From: an uncultured Chloroflexia bacterium
GTDB taxonomy: Bacteria; Chloroflexota; Anaerolineae; CG2-30-64-16
Direction of reading: 5' to 3'
Assembly (NCBI GenBank): GCA_963810095.1
Contig: CAWEMM010000011.1
Location: forward strand, 256,001 to 320,000
Length of the DNA stretch: 64,000 nucleotides
The notes beneath the pieces are model-generated. The model saw only the letters and a program-made list of their open reading frames with translations, made no database searches and had not been told where the DNA came from. A program made the position numbers and the translations under genes. Position 1 is the first letter of the stretch. Each line of letters begins with the position of its first letter. Below are positions 60,220 through 64,000 of the stretch, piece by piece.

Positions 60220-61303
60220 GCACACGAGCAGGATCCCCGAGAGCTGGCGGCCCGCCTCCTGGAATGGATGCAGGCCGCACGGCGCGATCTTCCCTGGCGG
60301 CGCGACCGCACCCCGTATGCCGTCTGGGTCTCTGAGATCATGCTCCAGCAGACGCAGGCCGCCACTGTCGTACCCTACTTCGAACGGTGGCTGGCTCGTT
60401 TCCCCGACGTCGATGCGCTGGCAGCCGCCCCGCTTGATGATGTTCTGAAGCTGTGGGAGGGTCTCGGGTATTACGCGCGCGCCCGCAACATGCAGCGCGC
60501 CGCGCAGATGATGATCGAACGTCATGGCGGCCGCGTCCCGCGATACGGCCGGCGAACTTCTCGCCCTGCCCGGCATCGGCCGCTACACCGCAGGTGCGAT
60601 CCTGAGCATTGCGTTCGGAGAACCCGCGCCGATACTGGACGGGAATGTCCGCCGGGTCCTGTGCCGGGTTTCAGACGTAGATGGCGACCCGCGCAGCCCC
60701 GAGGTGGAAGATCACCTGTGGGGCCTCTCCACGGTGCTGATGCAGGCTGCGCCCCCCGAAGCGGTAGGGGAGTTCAACGAGGCGCTGATGGAGCTCGGCG
60801 CACTTGTGTGCACCCCAAGCGCCCCGAATTGTCCTGACTGCCCGATCCGCGCATTCTGTCTCGCCTTCGCGCGCGGCACCGTGGGCCAGCGTCCCACCAC
60901 CCACACCAAGCCCCCGACCCCGCACTACGACGTGACCGCCGGCGTCGTCCGCAACGAATTGGGCCAGGTTCTCATCGTCCGGCGGCCCCCTTCGGGCTTG
61001 CTGGGCGGGCTGTGGGGCTTTCCCGGGGGCGTCGTTGCGGCCGGTGAGGACCTGGGGGAAGCGTTAGCACGCACGGTGCGCGAACAAACGGGATTAAGCG
61101 TGCGGGCGCGCACGGTCGTTCGCACGGTCAAGCACGCGTACACGCACTTCCGCATCACCTTACATGCATTCACGGCGGAGATTGAGTCAGGGCAGGCGCA
61201 AGCCGTTACCTGCGCCGAGGTGCGCTGGGTCGAGGTGGACGAGCTGGAGGAATACGCGATGCCGGTGACGGACCGAAAGGTGGCCCGCGCCATCGAAAGG
61301 TAG
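60216..61303 (+). CDS. mutY: A/G-specific adenine glycosylase (frameshift near 60545)
   Basis: [42 protein letters not shown]-x6-C-x2-C-x5-C cluster and NUDIX-like C-terminal domain. Confidence 0.95.
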
Positions 61304-61333
61304 ACCTTCGAGGTGTTCGAAACCTCGAAGGTC
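61303..61333. terminator. Palindrome between convergent mutY and prenyl synthase genes
   Basis: GACCTTCGAGGT-N7-ACCTCGAAGGTC, perfect 12-bp stem. Confidence 0.6.
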
Positions 61334-61351
61334 GTGTGCGACAAGACGTGC

Positions 61352-62401
61352 TCAGCTCTTCCGGTCGACGAGCATGTCGAGCAGTTCGGCCAGCAGGCCG
61401 TGAGAGGCGCTCCCGTTGCTGCCGGTCGCGGCGATGACCTGCAGGGCCGCGTGGCCGCGGGTCGTCGCTTCCAGCACTGCCTGCTCGGTTGTCCGGCGCA
61501 CGCCGGCCTCTTCCAGCAGCGAAAGCACCCCGGGAACGTGCTCGGGGCCAAAGTCGGGTCCCGCGTACATGATCCGCAGCCGCTTCCCCACCCCCTCGTG
61601 GTTCAGCGCCAGCACGACCGGCAGCGACTTCTTCTTCGTGAGAATGTCGCTCGCTGCCGACTTGCCCGTCTGCTTCTCGTCACCCCAAATGCCCAGAATG
61701 TCGTCCTGCAGCTGGAATGCTCGGCCGAGGCTTGCGCCGTACTCGCGGTAGGCCAATGCCACTTCCGGCGACGCCCCGGCGACCAGCGCACCGATCTCGG
61801 GCGCCGCGCCCAAAAGCGCTCCGGTCTTCCCCGCGATCATGGCGTAATACTCGTCGACCGTAACGTCGAGCCTGTCCTCGAACGTCATGTCCATGTACTG
61901 GCCTTCGGTCAGCGCAAGGTTCATCTCGACGAACCGCTGCAGGGCCGCCAGCACGGCCTGCTGCGGGACGCCATGCGTTGCCAGGTCGAAGAACGCGGCG
62001 TGCGCCAGGCTGAACATCCCGTCGCCCACGTTGCATGCGATGGGCACGCCCCACACCGACCAGGCCGTCGCTCGGTGGCGGCGGGTCTCACTATTGTCCT
62101 CGATGTCGTCATGGATCAGCGAAAAGTTGTGGAGCAACTCGAGGCCGGCCGCGGCAGGCAGGGCCGTGCCCGGATCACCGCCCGCAGCCGAGCATGCAAG
62201 CAGGCATAGCACCGGCCGGATGCGCTTGCCCGAGGGCGCGACGGCCGGCTGAAGCTCCTCGTCGCGCCAGCCCATGTGATACTGCATGATTTCGTAGTGG
62301 CGGGCCGCTCGGGGATTGCGCGGCTCCAGCAGCCGGCGCATCTCGCCCTCGACCAGCGGGACATACTCGGCAAATGCCTCAGCCAGGTTCACGATACTCA
62401 C
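61352..62401 (-). CDS. Polyprenyl diphosphate synthase (short chain, GGPP synthase-like)
   Basis: [27 protein letters not shown] and FQLQDDILG. Confidence 0.93.
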   Translation of the reverse strand: MSIVNLAEAFAEYVPLVEGEMRRLLEPRNPRAARHYEIMQYHMGWRDEELQPAVAPSGKRIRPVLCLLACSAAGGDPGTALPAAAGLELLHNFSLIHDDIEDNSETRRHRATAWSVWGVPIACNVGDGMFSLAHAAFFDLATHGVPQQAVLAALQRFVEMNLALTEGQYMDMTFEDRLDVTVDEYYAMIAGKTGALLGAAPEIGALVAGASPEVALAYREYGASLGRAFQLQDDILGIWGDEKQTGKSAASDILTKKKSLPVVLALNHEGVGKRLRIMYAGPDFGPEHVPGVLSLLEEAGVRRTTEQAVLEATTRGHAALQVIAATGSNGSASHGLLAELLDMLVDRKS

Positions 62402-63424
62402 CCCACCTTCACCAGCCGTTCGGGCTCGCGCAGAGCCGCCACGCTGCCTGCTCCCGCGCAGAACATGGCAACCCGTAGCTCGGCAGCCAGTTGGTCGATC
62501 GTCGCCACCACCTCTTCCGGCCCTGCTGCGGCCGCCTTGAGGAATGAAGATGCAACCCCGACGAGCGTTGCGCCCAGTGCCAGCGCCTTCGCTGCCTCGA
62601 TGCCGGTTCGCATTCCCCCGCTGGCAATCAACGGGAGGCCGGGGGCACCCTCTTTCGCCATCAGCAGCGAGTCCGCCGTGGGGATACCCCAGTCGGCAAA
62701 GGCGCGCGCCAGCTTGCGCAGCGAATCGGAGGTGGCACGGTGGTACTCGACCTCGGTCCAGGAAGTCCCGCCCGAGCCGGCCACGTCGATGACGGCGATC
62801 CCGACCTCCATGAGACGCCGGGCCGTCGCCGTGCTGATGCCCCAACCCACTTCCTTTGCGATGACCGGCACGCCGACCTGGCGGACCACCTGCTCGATCT
62901 TTGCGTAAAGCCCGCGCCAGTTCCAGTCGCCGTCGCCCTGCACCGCCTCCTGGAGGGGATTCAAGTGCAGAATCAGCGCGTCGGCCTCGATCATCTCGAC
63001 GGCCCGCCGGCATTGGTCCACGCCGTAACGATAATTCAGCTGAATGGCGCCGAGGTTGGCAAACAGCAGGATGTCGGGGGCCAGGTCGCGGACCTTGAAC
63101 GTCTCGGCCGTCTCAGGCTGTTCGATGCCGGTGCGCTGCGAGCCCAGCCCCATCGCGATGCCGTGGGCCTGCGCGCCTTCGGCCAGGTTCCGGTTAATGA
63201 CGCGGCGCAGCCTCGGTCCCGCCCGTCATCGACGAGATCAGGAACGGCAGCCGGAGGTGCTTGGCCAGGAGCTCGACGTGGGTGTCAATCGCCTGGAGGT
63301 CCAGTTCGGGCAGCGCCTGGTGCACCAGCCGGTAGCACTCGAACCCCGTGGTGAGCGCCGGAAACTGGACATTCTCTTCCAGGTTGATGCGGATGTGATC
63401 GGCCTTTCGGCGGTCGTGGGCCAT
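62398..63424 (-). CDS. fni: Type 2 isopentenyl-diphosphate delta-isomerase (frameshift near 63210)
   Basis: RKADHI, SSMTGG, GLGSQR, HLNPLQE, KEVGWG, GGTSW and ASGG. Confidence 0.95.
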
Positions 63425-63652
63425 GACGCCTCGCAGGTTTCTCGCATAATTACGGATGAGGAGGACGCAACTTCCGCCCGCTGACGGTGTTTTAGGATCA
63501 TGGGCCGCTCGTAAAGCACCCGACGGCCCGGGCTCGGCCTCGGGTTACAGCAGAGCGCCGAACGGCATCTTACCAGCCTCACCTGCCCCTGTCAAAGCTC
63601 AACGTGGCTTCTGACAGCCGAGGTGGCCGCTCAACAGCTGCCCCAGATGCGT

Positions 63653-63681
63653 TTGACACTCACACAGCGAGTGATTACAAT
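63653..63681 (+). promoter_or_regulatory. Near-consensus sigma70 promoter for acpP
   Basis: TTGACA-N17-TACAAT; AAGGAG SD before the ATG at 63756. Confidence 0.75.
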
Positions 63682-63755
63682 TCCGGACGTTATGACCCTG
63701 AGTTTACCGATCCGCGTCACAGGGCCCCAAATTGCTCAACAACAAGGAGATCTGC

Positions 63756-64000
63756 ATGAACCACCAGGAAATCTACGACGAAGTCAAGAAGATCGTCATC
63801 GACAAGCTGAACGTAACCGAAGACCAGATCACGCCCGAGGCGCGCTTCCGTGAGGATTTGAAGGCGGATTCGCTTGACCTTGTCGAGCTGATCATGGCCT
63901 TCGAAGAAGCATTCGGCGGCGAGATTAAGGACGAGGACGCTCAGAAGATCACGACGGTCGGCGAGGCCGTGTCCTACCTGGAAAAAGCGCAGGCTGGCGC
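63756..64000 (+). CDS. acpP: Acyl carrier protein (stop outside window)
   Basis: Own translation [57 protein letters not shown]; DSL phosphopantetheine site. Confidence 0.95.
   Translation, partial: MNHQEIYDEVKKIVIDKLNVTEDQITPEARFREDLKADSLDLVELIMAFEEAFGGEIKDEDAQKITTVGEAVSYLEKAQAG

Noticed and set aside
4155-63424. About 25 frameshifts read as pseudogenes or programmed frameshifting
   Set aside because: They are scattered evenly, hit essential genes (glmS, lepB, fni), leave both halves intact and share no slippery motif; sequencing or assembly indels are far more likely. Short-read polishing would settle it.
63756-64000. acpP as the carrier protein for the KAS III cluster
   Set aside because: It is 20 kb from the KAS III genes, separated by unrelated genes, has its own consensus promoter and looks like the housekeeping ACP

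Overview
GC-rich bacterial chromosomal window, most likely Chloroflexota (Anaerolineae/Caldilineae-like). This is inferred from the C-terminal YLPMIRR motif, the fni plus short-chain prenyl synthase pair, the TgpA/DUF58 genes and the intergenic repeat types. About 20 genes, including normally essential ones (glmS, lepB, fni), are split by apparent single-base indels, which points to an unpolished long-read assembly rather than real pseudogenes. Main contents: (i) 1-26 kb, envelope and peptidase genes (two transglutaminase-domain membrane proteins, DUF58, a matrixin, three tandem M42 aminopeptidases, a glycoside hydrolase/double amidase fusion, two GT-C glycosyltransferases, glmS, AmmeMemoRadiSam B); (ii) 27-34 kb, a sugar-phosphate-utilisation (SPU)-type bacterial microcompartment locus (RpiB, DeoC and aldehyde dehydrogenase with encapsulation peptides; BMC-H, BMC-P and two BMC-T shell genes) with an embedded pyrophosphatase, an MBL hydrolase and a small HxxxCxxC protein; (iii) 35-58 kb, a co-oriented acyl-CoA/ester cluster (thiolase, MalT-like/BTAD activator with a candidate SARP-type operator, two non-canonical KAS III enzymes, three acyl-CoA ligases, two alpha/beta hydrolases, a MaoC pair, a Liv-type ABC importer) whose function I cannot match to a characterised pathway; (iv) MFS, mutY, prenyl synthase, fni and acpP. 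At least five families of structured intergenic repeats occur, including a roughly 175-bp MITE- or ncRNA-like element. No tRNA, rRNA, CRISPR array or transposase was seen. All calls come from reading motifs by eye; no searches were run.
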